Shown here piece after piece: positions 24,101-35,865 of a stretch of 38,602 nucleotides of DNA. A model generated the notes under the pieces. The model was given only the letters and a program-made list of their open reading frames with translations, ran no database searches and was not told the origin of the DNA. The first letter of the stretch is position 1, and the number at the start of each line of letters is the position of its first letter. The position numbers were made by a program, and so were the translations under genes. Source of the stretch: Nemertoderma westbladi (taxonomy: Eukaryota; Animalia; Xenacoelomorpha); NCBI GenBank assembly GCA_032718475.1, contig JAUCBJ010004401.1:1-38602 (forward strand), written 5' to 3'.

Positions 24101-24200
24101 TTAACCAGCTTGCGAGGTATCTGTAAATCTTGTTGCAGCCAGAGCAGCAGATAGTTTTACGGGTTGACTGGTCTTCCGTGACTGGGGTGGCCTTATGATG
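21110..24200 (-). mobile_element. Near-full-length APE+RT non-LTR retrotransposon (RTEX-like, clade uncertain), frameshifted
   Basis: APE motifs WNVEG, LLTET, GRPSGG, GDFNCR, SVIDL; KPWFDREC; RT motifs KAPGPDGI, FVDFTKAFD, QGDKLSP, YADD. Confidence 0.92.
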
Positions 24201-24920
24201 TTGGGTTGTGTTATTATATGGTTGTAAAAAACAGACCTATTTTGATTATTCTTCAGATTTTATATTGAATTTCTTCAGATTTTGTATTGAATTTTTTCTG
24301 ATATTTTGTTCTGATTTTGTACCGTAAACCCGTGACATACAGATATGTATTAACCCTAATTGTGTTTTATTGTGAAATTTTGTGAATTTGTAAATCAAAA
24401 ACGGTGAAATAAAGACACCCGGTGATCGACTCGGAATTCAAGCCCGATGTTTTTAAACCTGTCCGGCACATTCACCGCCTAATAGGGCCAGAGTGAGGAC
24501 GTCGAGCCGTACCGGCCGACTGCAGGAGCCCAAAATGGATGGATAATATCACACAACATGGGGACACCAGGCAACATGGGCAGGGCAAGCCACAAGGGGA
24601 GGGGGGGGGGGGTCTCATTATGTTGATGTACACCATTCTATAAGGGTAACTGGTGCTTTAACTATGTTTTTCCTGTACTTGGGTTTTGGGCCAAATTGAA
24701 CCGGGGGCCATCAAATTGAGCCCATCATAATAATCACACAGGCAGCACAGAAGTGCAAAGGGGGGTGGGGGGGGGGGGGGGGGGGGGGGACAAATTACAG
24801 TCACTAAGTTACAATTATTGTAACTGAATAGCTAGTCAGCTTGTCTAACCTGGTTAATACTAAACATTTCGTGGGCGCGTGTAGATATACAGTATATTTG
24901 ATATATATTTGGTATACAAG

Positions 24921-27495
24921 ATATAGATAGATAGATTTATTTATACATTATGTAAAAACAATAACAAATACACCAAACAATGTACCGGTATAAAGGTATT
25001 GTCCAACATAACATATAGGATTACCCCTAAAGCTTTGCAGCTTATTTCCAAGGGGGTCCTTTATGTTACTTGGTTACAAATACAATATTACACTACGCTA
25101 ACCTAAAACCAATATAAAACGTAATTACACTATGTACATGTACAACTTTACCGAGAGCGTGACAATGCCCGACTCAACGATAAAGATGTAATGTACAGAA
25201 CAATTTATTATAAAACGTAATTACAGTATAAATAGTAAATAATTAATAAACTAATAACTTACTGTAGGACTATTGTACCTATTTTTACATTGCACACGGA
25301 GATGAGATTTAACTGCAGATTTAAAAGAATGTTGATTATTTAGGTTTTTAATTTCATTAGGCAGAGCGTTCCAATTTTTTATGCCGTTAAAAAAGAAAGT
25401 ATCAGATTCAAAGGATTTACAATTCGGGAGGTAGAAGTTTGAAGCACTAGCTCTGGTACTGTAAGAGTGTGTATCGCGTACTCTGTTGAATTTTTGTTTT
25501 AGGTAATTGGGACATTTACCATTATACACTTTATGCACATGGTTAAGGCGTAGCTGCTTAACTCTACTATCTAAGTTAAGTAGTCCAGATTCAGAAAAGT
25601 CATCTGGAGTTAGGTGGTGCCTAGGTTTGTAGTCTTTAATAAATCGTACTACTTTATTCTGAGCTACTTGTAATTTACATTTAAGCTGTTTGGTTAAGCC
25701 TTCATACCAAGAAGAGCACGCATAGTCCATGTGACACTGTATTAAAGAAGAGCAAAGTAACTTGCGGGAGTCGGTGTTTAAACTATTTTTATTTCTGTAT
25801 AGAAACCTAAGCCTACTGTTAACTTTCGAGAAAATATTTTTCACTGTACTTTCTCCTGATAAGCAGTTATCCAATGTGGCGCCTAAATATTTAACTTCCT
25901 TTTTATTTTCAATCTTATGTCCATTACTAGTGACTTCAAACTTAGTTACCTTCTTTAACTTTCTTTTGGAACCAAACAAAATACTTTCAGTTTTACCGTA
26001 GTGAATGGATAGCTTATTATCAACCAACCACTCATTACAGGATTCTAGAACTGCACTTAACTTTTGGGAAATATGGATAGGATCTTTATGAGAGAAAATA
26101 AGAGCACTGTCGTCGGCATATAAAATGAGTTTAAAATCGGGATCTATACTACTTATCATATCATTTACATAGCATACAAAAAGCAGAGGACCTAATATAC
26201 TACCTTGCGGTACACCACAGGTAATCTCTTGTACAGTAGACTGCGATTTGCTAATGACTACAGTTTGACCTCTGTCTGACAGGTAGGACTTGAACCAGTC
26301 TATAGAACCTACACCCATCAGGCCTAACTTACCAAGCAGAATTTCGTGATCTACAGTATCGAAAGCCTTTTGTAGGTCCAACATTACCATACCAGTATAT
26401 AAACCCTTTGCGTTATTACATCTAATTGTATCAGTTAAGTTAATAAGGCAGGTGTCTGTAGAATATGATTTACGAAAACCGGACTGAAGTTCATAGATCA
26501 GATTTAGCCTACTAAGATGTGCCTCCAGCTGTAGAAAAACAGAACGTTCTAGAATTTTAGATACAATACTTAAGATACTAACAGGTCTGTAATTACAGGG
26601 TTCTACTTTACTATTCTTTTTATACAAAGGAACAACCTTAGCTAATTTCAGTTCGTCTGGTACTACATTATCTACGATAGAGTAATTAATAATAAAAGTA
26701 ATAGGCACTTTAAGTACTACAGCACCATCCTTAAGAAAACAGGCAGGTATTAGGTCCAGACCGGTACTTTTTGAGGCTGATAGGCTAAGTAGATTTTTAA
26801 AAACGAAATCCTCAGAAACGGGTTTTAAAAATAACTTTTCTGAATTTTGTAACTTTTCTAAATAAAAATTATTTAGAGTTTCGGACCCTATACTATATTT
26901 ATTACTTGATAACGGTAATTTCTTAACTAAATTAGAGGCAACATTAGTAAAATAATTATTAAATAAATTACTAACTAGAGTATGATCATGAATCAGCTCA
27001 CCGTTATCTTGCAGAACAATATTCGATTTAGATTTAAGGTTTTTATAACCTAAAGATTTTAGGGTAGACCATAAACTTTTAGGATTATCTTTATTCTCAC
27101 TTATTTTGTTGTACAAATATTCAGATTTAGCTTTTTTTATTTCCCGTTGGACAAGGTTTCTATATTTGCAGTAATTATTATAATCAGCTAAAACACGGTA
27201 TTTCCTAAATTTATACAAATAGTTATCTCTTTCTCTGATATTACTAAGAATACCCGAGGTCATCCAGGGCTCAGTGCGTTGTTTAAGACTAATTTCTTTA
27301 ATTGGTGCTACAGTATTAAGTGCCTTTAAAAATATATCTTTAAAAACAGTGTACGCAAGGTTAATGTCAGCGGCCTTAAAACAGGGTTCCCAGTCAGAAT
27401 TAACTAACAAACTTAAAAAGCATTCCTTGCTGTAATTTTTCATAGACCTAACTGTTACTGTTTTATGATCCCCGAAAAAAGATTTTTGTGTCTTT
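24921..27495 (-). mobile_element. 5'-truncated CR1-group (Crack/Daphne/L2-like) LINE
   Basis: RT ORF, a 3' UTR stem-loop at 25018-25059, then AATAAA and a (TATC)n tail at about 24921-24943. Confidence 0.92.
25251..27443 (-). CDS. Uninterrupted 730-aa reverse transcriptase ORF2 fragment (no endonuclease part)
   Basis: [45 protein letters not shown]. Confidence 0.93.
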   Translation of the reverse strand: MKNYSKECFLSLLVNSDWEPCFKAADINLAYTVFKDIFLKALNTVAPIKEISLKQRTEPWMTSGILSNIRERDNYLYKFRKYRVLADYNNYCKYRNLVQREIKKAKSEYLYNKISENKDNPKSLWSTLKSLGYKNLKSKSNIVLQDNGELIHDHTLVSNLFNNYFTNVASNLVKKLPLSSNKYSIGSETLNNFYLEKLQNSEKLFLKPVSEDFVFKNLLSLSASKSTGLDLIPACFLKDGAVVLKVPITFIINYSIVDNVVPDELKLAKVVPLYKKNSKVEPCNYRPVSILSIVSKILERSVFLQLEAHLSRLNLIYELQSGFRKSYSTDTCLINLTDTIRCNNAKGLYTGMVMLDLQKAFDTVDHEILLGKLGLMGVGSIDWFKSYLSDRGQTVVISKSQSTVQEITCGVPQGSILGPLLFVCYVNDMISSIDPDFKLILYADDSALIFSHKDPIHISQKLSAVLESCNEWLVDNKLSIHYGKTESILFGSKRKLKKVTKFEVTSNGHKIENKKEVKYLGATLDNCLSGESTVKNIFSKVNSRLRFLYRNKNSLNTDSRKLLCSSLIQCHMDYACSSWYEGLTKQLKCKLQVAQNKVVRFIKDYKPRHHLTPDDFSESGLLNLDSRVKQLRLNHVHKVYNGKCPNYLKQKFNRVRDTHSYSTRASASNFYLPNCKSFESDTFFFNGIKNWNALPNEIKNLNNQHSFKSAVKSHLRVQCKNRYNSPTVSY

Positions 27496-28029
27496 ACAAT
27501 TTAATATACAATTACTTTACAGAGTAGAAATAAAACATTAGAGAATATAGGCAAATTTATCCACGAGATAACCAGGTTTGGTATTGCGTTATAATTTCCT
27601 TCCCTTTACTACCGTCGACAGCGGTGCGGTGTATAGAAATATATAGAATTTGTTATAGCGGGAATATTTAGGATAAAATTGTGATTATTATTTGTTTGTT
27701 TACAAATTATTGTACTCGATACAACCCTTACTTATCGGCAGTTTAGTTTGCAGTATATGTGGTGGATAAGGGGCCTTCACGCTAGTAAATTCTTTTAATA
27801 AAGTTGATAATATTAGCAGGGATTCCTCACCAACTGGAGTTTCCTTGTTGAGCTTTATATAGACCCGTTTATTGTTTTGGTTTCTTTCGGAACTGATGCG
27901 TATTGCGATAATTTTGATACGTATTCAACAACGTTTATACGCTTCTGTTAGGCCTATGTTTTACCACAGTACTTGTCGTACTCACCGTCTATAAATTCCA
28001 ATACTTGCTGAGATACAACCGTAGCCAAA

Positions 28030-28155
28030 CTCCAGACTAGCGGAGAACCTGGGACATTGAAAACACTGCACCTAGCCTCTCCCCAACGGCCTCTACTGCT
28101 GCTCATTTTGAAGCAAGTGTTACTCTCGGAGTGGAATAGACTGCCGCAATCTTAA
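28030..28155 (+). pseudogene. Degenerate Tc1-like transposase C-terminal remnant
   Basis: PD..EN.. followed by LKQVLLSEWNRLPQ, resembling the Tc1 C-terminal pattern. Confidence 0.45.
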
Positions 28156-28237
28156 TAAATAATAATTGAAAATATTTTTTTTTAATTACATAATCTATTT
28201 ATATATATATAAATAATAATAATAATAGTAGTTTGTA

Positions 28238-28284
28238 CTACTACTACTACTAGGTCGAGCGAACTCGGACAGTGGAAATGAGAT
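28238..28284 (-). mobile_element. 47-bp extreme 5'-truncation of RTE family B
   Basis: Matches the 3' end at 19352-19403; 12-bp TSD tagtagtttgta at 28226-28237 and 28285-28296. Confidence 0.85.
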
Positions 28285-28361
28285 TAGTAGTTTGTAAATC
28301 AATGTAATTATATTGTAATGTTATATATATTGTATATATTGTATATTGCAATGTAATTATA

Positions 28362-28886
28362 GTGACGTGGGCATTCGGGGGGCGTTTAACCCGCAGACCC
28401 AGGCTTTGATCGACATCAGGTTGGTTAACCTTGACGCCGGGTCTTATGCGGGGCGCTCCCCGATGTCAGTCCTCGAGTCAGCCGAAGACGAGAAGGAGCG
28501 GCTCTACTCCGACGCAGTCTGGGCGCGGCGTGGCGACTTCTCGCCATACGTCGCCTCCTGCGACGGAGTGTTGGCCCCCCAAGCGGACAAGCTCCTCAGG
28601 ACCATTGCCCAGAATCTCCACCGGACGTGGGGGAGACCCTACAGCATGGTGATGGTGTGGGTCCGTACCCGGGTCCAGCTGGCTATCGTTCGCGGGGCTT
28701 CCCATTGCCTTAGAGGGTCGCGGACGAAATGGCGTAACGGGCTCGGGCTGGACGACGGCGCTGGGATACCAGGTGGCTTTGTGTGACAGGTAGTGTTGGT
28801 GCTAGTATTTTGCTAATTGATTAACAAACGTTTTGCTAAAACATTTTGCTGTGTGGTATTGTATGTAATAAATCTATCGTGCATTT
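28362..28886 (+). mobile_element. CRE-clade-like non-LTR retrotransposon 3' end with a restriction-like endonuclease domain
   Basis: GC-rich ORF DVGIRG...IDIRLV...A.SY...EKERLY...FSPYVASCDG...CLRGSR; candidate TSD atgtaattata at 28351-28361 and 28887-28897. Confidence 0.8.
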
Positions 28887-29256
28887 ATGTAATTATATTA
28901 ATTGTTAAATTATTTTGTTAATATTATTCTTATTGTTTAAACTGTGTGCGCAATTGAGTTGCAGACCGATACAGTCTGACTTTATTGAGCGGTTTCTTTT
29001 AGCAGGTGAAATAGCATTGACCTTGGAAGTAGGGCGAATTTCATCTAAAGAGTAGTTTAGTGGAGGCCAGAGGACAAGCCTGTATGTTATTTATTATTTT
29101 ATAGAAGCAACCTACTCTATTAAGGGGGCTGTTATATGAGACTGGTATATCTCTAATAGAAACCTATTGGAAATTATTATTTGGATGAATAACTCTAAAT
29201 GAATTAATTATTAAACTAATTATTCAATATATATGATCAATTGTACGGATACTTAC

Positions 29257-29370
29257 CAATGCACTGACCATAGAACTTCATTTGGTTTGGCCCACATTCG
29301 AATGCAGCACACTCAGAAACCTCGGATAGAGCCTCCTCTGCAGTTTCTCTCTCGTCCATACAAGGAGACC
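29257..29370 (-). CDS. Host gene exon leading into the CTLD (SPCMDERE...ECGPNQMKFYGQCI)
   Basis: tatag acceptor, gtaagt donor, 114 nt, phase 1->1; long-form CTLD start C......FxGxC. Confidence 0.88.
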
Positions 29371-29911
29371 CTATATAAGCAATCAGGTTAATGTGTGTTT
29401 CACAGATTTAAGGAAATACCACTTATATTGATTGTGCTACCATGTATTAGAACTTTTAATAGTCATGCTAAACCAAATTCATCTTTATGCTCACTTAATA
29501 ATCGAGGCATTTAATTACCTTGGTAGTAATGACTTATTACCAAAACCAAGCAGAACCCTGCAGGTACAACTGATGATTCAAGCCGGCCACCGTTATACTA
29601 GAACTGATAAGCCTGTACCTAATCTTATTTTGGCGAGCGGAGACATGGTCATTAACTGGTTTAGCATTATTATTATGTCTGTATTGATATTATGATTAAC
29701 ATGGTCTTGATAATCCATAAACTGATATAACATGATATGGTTCGCAGTACTACTGGATGCAGCTTCTTAGGTGCTGACATTCCTGCGAGAATGTTCGCTG
29801 GCAAAGTCTATGATTAAATTTGTAATTGAAACAAGATTAACCAACAGTTTCAGGGAATGGTATTAATCTGCATCAAATTCAACAATGACTCAATAAATAA
29901 TAACACATTAC

Positions 29912-30013
29912 CTGTACACATTTGTTCTAATGAATTCCAATAATTTTCCTTCAATTCGATTGGACAGGAGTTGGTGGTTATTAGGCAACTAGTATCAGAT
30001 TCTTGGGCACAAC
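29912..30013 (-). CDS. Host gene exon, Cys-rich (CAQESDTSCLITTNSCP...QMCT)
   Basis: tgcag acceptor, gtaatg donor, 102 nt, phase 1->1. Confidence 0.82.
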
Positions 30014-30231
30014 CTGCATATATTTTAGAACAGTAAAATTTACTAAGATGTCCGTTTAATGGAATTCTTCTGAAATTGGCACATTTTTATATGATATTTT
30101 AATTAATATTTACTTTGTTTACATTTTATTAAGGCAAAATGATATACTTGCGATTCGATTCTTATCACTGTATTTTTAAACAAAGAAATTGAAAGTTTCG
30201 AAATTAACAGAAAATGCCTCCTCACCACACT

Positions 30232-30735
30232 TTATTGATGATGAGCACTGAGCATATTTGTTCCTCTTTCAGATGTATGTTGTATGTGCAACTCTCCTCT
30301 GTGGTTGGGTTTCTCAACCCTAGGCCACCTACCATCTCGTGTGCCAATATCAGTCAATAAACCTCTATGATGACAATGGGCTGTACGTACACCCGTACAT
30401 TTGTCAATTGGAATGAGGCCATCAATGCCCAAATGACCTCCAATGTAAACAAACTATTCGCAAGACTCTAGGTAATGCTCGCTATTACTTGCATCCTGCT
30501 ATGGGCTCTGTATCACATAAGATAATCATGCCAATCTAATATGTCGTGCACACATTAACTGTAAGCCTTCCCTTAGCATTAGTCCGTCACATTAATAACG
30601 TTTTGGTGGTTGACGTTGGCTTTGTAACTGATCGGTGTGTGTGTCTTTCATGGCATCCAAGACTGTTTTCGATCCAGAAACCCTGCAGAGTCTCACAAAG
30701 TATACCCTTTGATCTCATAGTCCACTGATTTCTTC
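30232..30735 (-). pseudogene. Old degenerate RTE-like RT remnant
   Basis: LESCE*FVYIGG..GIDG and DGRWPR fragments with stops. Confidence 0.4.
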
Positions 30736-30738
30736 GGG

Positions 30739-31860
30739 TACTACTACTAGTATCGGCATGCTGCATTGCAGCTGCATTTTTAAGAATGCTGTACCGGCTT
30801 GTCGACAAAATTGCGCCGTCACATCTCCCTATCACCCATGACATTTGCTAGATCATCCGCATCTTCAAGACCAGTGTCCTTTAAGATGCGTCTCAAGAAA
30901 GTCATGTGCTGTCCACCATGCTTATACACTCCATGAGGCTGCCAAAGTACAAGATTATGCACTGGCTGGTCCTCACGGCGAAAGCAATGTCCTGCAAAGT
31001 GGAGGCGATTTTGTTCTAGTGTCAAGCTTGGGGGAACCAATGAGACACCTCCAATGTTATATAGTGTCTGGTTGGAGATGTGTGCATTGTACTTGACACA
31101 ATGAACCCGGCGTAGCATTCTTGTGAATGTGCCATCCAGAGATTTGGTGTCCTCAGCAGTTAGAGCCCAGCATGGACTCCCAAAGAGGAGTACTGGAACT
31201 ACTGCTGCTCTAAATAATCGGACCTTAAGTTTCCGATTAATTCTCGGTGACTTCCAAATCCTGGAAAGCCTATTCAAGGCTGCCCATGCCTTTCCCTTAC
31301 GTATTCGAAGGTACTCACCTGACTTCCGGATCCATGATCCCAGGTAACAGAAGTCGTCCATATGCTCAAGCATACCATACTTTGAGCTTATGCTCATCCG
31401 AGCAGAGACTTGCTGAGGACTTTCAAAGTTAACTGTCAAAATTTTGGTCTTTCTGGAGTTAATAAAAAGACCAACACTAGAAGCAGCATGTTCTAATGAG
31501 CTGAGGAGCCGTCGGGCTCCCTCTAGTGATTCTGAGAGTACTCCTAAGTCATCAGCAAAGTCTAGATCAGTTAGGTACTAGGCAGGATTTCCTTTTCCTG
31601 TTTCGAGGGAATACAGGAACTGTTTCTGCAGCTGCTAACTTAACTGCTTCTGTGAAGGCAGTATAGCCCTCACAGTGATCTGCCGCCTCAGAGGCAAGAA
31701 CCTCATACCTGTTGCTCAGCTGTAGTGTGAAGCTGGATCTCACACTTGGCTGTTGCAACAGAGAGGACCAGTCATGCCGCGGCAAGGCAGATTTCGTTGT
31801 TCTGCTAGCACGCAGACTAAGTCTTACCTTGGCCACAATAAGGCGGTGATCACTGGAGAA
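30739..31860 (-). mobile_element. RTE family A copy 2, with a large internal deletion
   Basis: 30739-31593 closely matches 4260-5120. 31594-31860 encodes upstream sequence (DHRLIVAKVRLSL...RNRKRK) fused directly to the RT core. Confidence 0.92.
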
Positions 31861-32512
31861 GGGTCAGGTCAGGTCAGGTATTCTAGGGCAGGTCATAACT
31901 CTCATCCAACATAAATTCGTGATGACCTCTCGCTTGTGAAAAAAAGGCTTCATGAAGCAGGTGGAGTGCTCGCTAATATGGCTAATAAATGGAGAATTGC
32001 ACATCATAATGAAATCAATATGTACCCTACATGGTTGAAGCCAACTTAGGTTACATCACCTGTCAAATAGAAAGTTGATTCCATTCGCTCCACTGACTGG
32101 TTGAGTGAGAATAATGATGAAGACTTGAACAACTGTAGCTTGAACTTTTCATACCACTTAATCACTCTGCATGCATTCTTCATATTACCAATTGAAGTAT
32201 TTTTAAGTTAGTATTGTATAGTATTGTATAGAATGGTTCTTATTGTAATTGATTAATTAATAATTAACAAAACAAGTTTAACATGATAAAAATAATTTTT
32301 TGTATTTTAACGATTTTCGTTTTCGGTGCACTATTTAACTAATAATAATAGACGATCGGTAAGAATTTTATTGATAAGCATTTGAATACCTTCATGTTGA
32401 ACAGTTCATTATTTTGGACTCTGATTCAATGCGACTTATCATATTTTACACCTTATACCAGAATATGCAAATAAATTGTTGTAGCGGGTCTGTATAAGGT
32501 AACACAACTAAC

Positions 32513-32770
32513 CAATCCGGTAGCATGTCTGGGAGTCCAGCGTCTGTCCTTGAACTATCGCCCCCGGTACATAACCTATCGCACAATGCGGCCAAGCCTT
32601 ATCTGGAACTCGGGACATGTCCCATTCATCTCGTCCCGCCACACAACCTTCACCGCTTTCGCAAACCGCTTGGCACCCTCCTCCTCCGCTAACAGCTGTT
32701 GCAAAAGGTTTCTGGCACATAGCAACCTCGGATTTCTCAATGCAATAGTTGTCGTCTGTTTCGCATTCAA
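32513..32770 (-). CDS. Host gene exon, Cys-rich/EGF-like (ECETDDNYC...CAIGYVPG...TCYRI)
   Basis: ctctttcag acceptor, gttagt donor, 258 nt, phase 1->1, open frame. Confidence 0.85.
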
Positions 32771-33016
32771 CTGAAAGAGAATTTAAGCAATTTAAGAATT
32801 GCTTTTTAAATTGACTTTTTAAGAATTTTTCTAAATTCGATCTCATATGAACTTGTTTTCCTTACAATAACAATTCGAGACTTATTAGGTTTCCCCTGTG
32901 TTTATAGTGCCAGCCAGCTGGCGTCAAGTTTCTGTAATAAAAAAATAAAATAAAATATTTTATTTTATTTTATTATATAAGTAAATTTGAATAGATGATA
33001 TAATTACATAACATAC

Positions 33017-33109
33017 CAACGCATCCACTTGCTGATGGTGTTTTGCCATGGCTGCATAGGAAACCATTCTCGCAAATACAGTTTGGAAGTTCACTGACGC
33101 AGGTACCAC
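33017..33109 (-). CDS. Host gene exon, EGF-like (GTCVSELPNCICENGF...SGCV)
   Basis: tttag acceptor, gtatgt donor, 93 nt, phase 1->1, CxCxxGF motif. Confidence 0.85.
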
Positions 33110-33811
33110 CTAAATATAAATAGCTTTATGTATAATTAATTTTTAATTTTATCTAAATTTTCCCAAAATTCCAAAAACGTTATCAACATTACTTAACAAC
33201 CTCACTGATATTGACCAATGAAACTACTCTAGTAGTATTTCTCGGGGTCAGTTTTAATCTTACCAAATGGATTTGTGATATAATTTTCTTGTGGGTACAG
33301 CTTTACAAATTCAGATGGGGTCGTACCACTGGTGACCTCCGGGTTGGAAGTCTGACGTTCTAACCTTTCAGCTACCGGCTCAGGTAAAAGATAGACCTGG
33401 AAATACTATCTGATACCTTGTATGTCCGCAATTTACCTCCTCATGGCTTCCCATCTGCCATACCATCATATGCTGCCACTGTACACTGCCTACAACAGTA
33501 CTTGGCCGTCTTTAAACACTCGCTACTAATGAATGGGTAGTGTTACGATATATGGCTTTTTATACAACTTTTAACACTTTGAAACTATTATATTGTTAAT
33601 GAACTCTTTAAAAAAAATTTCAAAAAAACTTGCAACCAAAAAAACTTTTTTAAAAAAATTTAAATTTTTTTTTTAAAAATACAAATTTTTTTCAAAAAAT
33701 TTTTTTCTTACAAAATTTAAAATTATTCGTATTTTGAATTCATTATTGGCAGTGTTGTATATGTTTGTCCACCTTGTCCACCCATATTGTAGATGGTGTC
33801 AACAAACAGAC

Positions 33812-34110
33812 AAAATTTCAAAACAAATGGACAGAAATTAACAAAATGACAAGTAATTTACATTCTAGAACATTATCGCCCCCTAGCGGTAGAAAAATGA
33901 ATATTACAGTCTAGGATTCCTTCTCCAGTATCATTTTATATTGTAGGTGTCTAGAAAATTTCAAAACAAACGGACAGGAATTAAAAAAATGACAAGCAAT
34001 TTACATTCTAGAACATTATCGCCCCCTTGCGGTAGACTATTGAATATTACAGTCTGGGATTCATTCTTCAGTGTCACTTAATATCACGAACAGAAATTAA
34101 CAAAATGACA
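33812..34110. repeat. Direct repeat of about 143 bp, two copies
   Basis: 33812-33941 matches 33955-34083. Confidence 0.8.
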
Positions 34111-34752
34111 GCCATATTGCATTTAAAAAATAACTGTAGGCCTACCTACGTATTAGTACAATTTATTACACGTTGTGGGGTCTTCGAGCAGCACGTGTTA
34201 AAATGTTCAATGAATGAACAGCGACTAATTAACAAATTTATGAGGGATTCATTGAGCAGCTACAGACAGACCAATATTGTGACATATATTTTAGTTTAAT
34301 GTTTGATTCAATTAAAGGCACAAATTAAAAAGGCTACAAATATATAGGGTTGAATAATTAAATTAGTCACACATTAAAAGGTAGGCAAATATAAGTTGAA
34401 ATCTATATAAATTTTTAAATTCAGTAGTGTGCGTGTGTTGTGTATTGATTCCGTAGATTTCATGTTGAAATAGCGTTCATTAACTTAATTTCTATGTAAT
34501 TATTCAGGCATACTAATACCCACTTTAAATTAGTTCGTGTGTGTTAAGTGTGTAAGATTTGATTGTTTTGGCACGAACCCATTAGGGCACAGAAACTGAC
34601 GGATTCTTCGCGAATTTCGCAAACGTCGCGCATTTCGCAAACGTCGCAAACTTCGGTAATTTTTTCTACAATTTTGACTCCTTAAGCAAAAGTGTCCCGA
34701 ATGAGTTTTTTAACTTTTATTTCTTTGTGATTTTGATTGCTTTTTTATATTA

Positions 34753-34979
34753 GTGAATGTTCTAGAACCTTAGTAGATTTTTTATGGTATATAGCTAGTA
34801 TTTTTTACTAGCTAGTAATTTTTGGAAATTATTTTGGTCATTAATATATTCTTCAACAGTTTAACCTGAAATATCATGGACTTTCACATTTTTTATAATT
34901 TCTAAAAATACTAGCTAGCAAAAAACACTACCGGTAGCTATCATAAAGAACATATCTACTAATGTTCTAGAACTTTCAC
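34753..34979. repeat. Imperfect inverted repeat (MITE core)
   Basis: gtgaatgttctagaaccttagtagat... is inverted relative to ...atctactaatgttctagaactttcac. Confidence 0.65.
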
Positions 34980-35329
34980 CAATAACAAAAAAATTTAAAA
35001 ACTCTAAAAAATGATTGGTGAAAAATGGCTGGGGTGTCGACAGACGAAGTAGGGACCGTGTTGCTTAACCCCTTAGAGCCTATGACGTCCAGTGCATGTC
35101 ACCATGGACAACACTAAGACATGCAGTGGACGTCATGCTGCAATACATGTTTTATTGGAAGGCTCTTGGTCTAGGTATACTGGTGGATAGTATTAAAGAC
35201 ATTTAGTGCTCTTCATGGCAAAAAATCCATTCTGTACTGTAGATAGGATAGGCTTTATTGTAGACTGTATTATCAATGTTAGATATATGGCGTAATGCCA
35301 ACCACAGTACAGTAGTACAGACTGACAGT

Positions 35330-35865
35330 AAGACCGACAGACAGACAGACTGGATTTATGTAAACGTGTAAACTGACATCAGAAATGAAATCAGCAACCC
35401 TTAACACCCCCATAGCGGGAATGTTGGTTAGTTAGTATACTTTCTTAAGTTTTGACAGACTGACTGACAGAAAGACCGACAGACCAACAGCCAGACAGAC
35501 TAGATTTATTAAACGTGAAAACTGACATCTGAAATGAAATCAGCACCCATTAAAACCCCCATAACGAGAATGTTAGTTAGTTTGTATTCTTTTTAAAGTT
35601 TTGACAGACTGACTGACTGTCAGAAAGACCGACAATCCGACAAACTAGATTAATGTAAACCTGAAAACTGACATCAGAAATGAAATCAGCACCCCTTAAA
35701 ACCCCCATAGCGAGAATGTTAGTTAATTTGAATTATTTTTTATGTTTTGACAGACTGACTAACAGAATTACCGACAAACAGACAGACTAGATTTATGTAA
35801 ACGTGAAAACTGACATCAGAAATGTAATCAGCACCCCTTAAAACCCCCACAGCGAGAATGTTAGC
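35330..35865. repeat. Tandem repeat of about 140-150 bp, four copies
   Basis: Recurring ...tagatttatgtaaacgtgaaaactgacatcagaaatgaaatcagcacccc...gagaatgttag with (cagac)n stretches. Confidence 0.9.

Noticed and set aside
35066-35137. Hairpin resembling a pre-miRNA or terminator
   Set aside because: It follows TTAA|CCC and is better explained as the subterminal palindrome of a piggyBac-like end.
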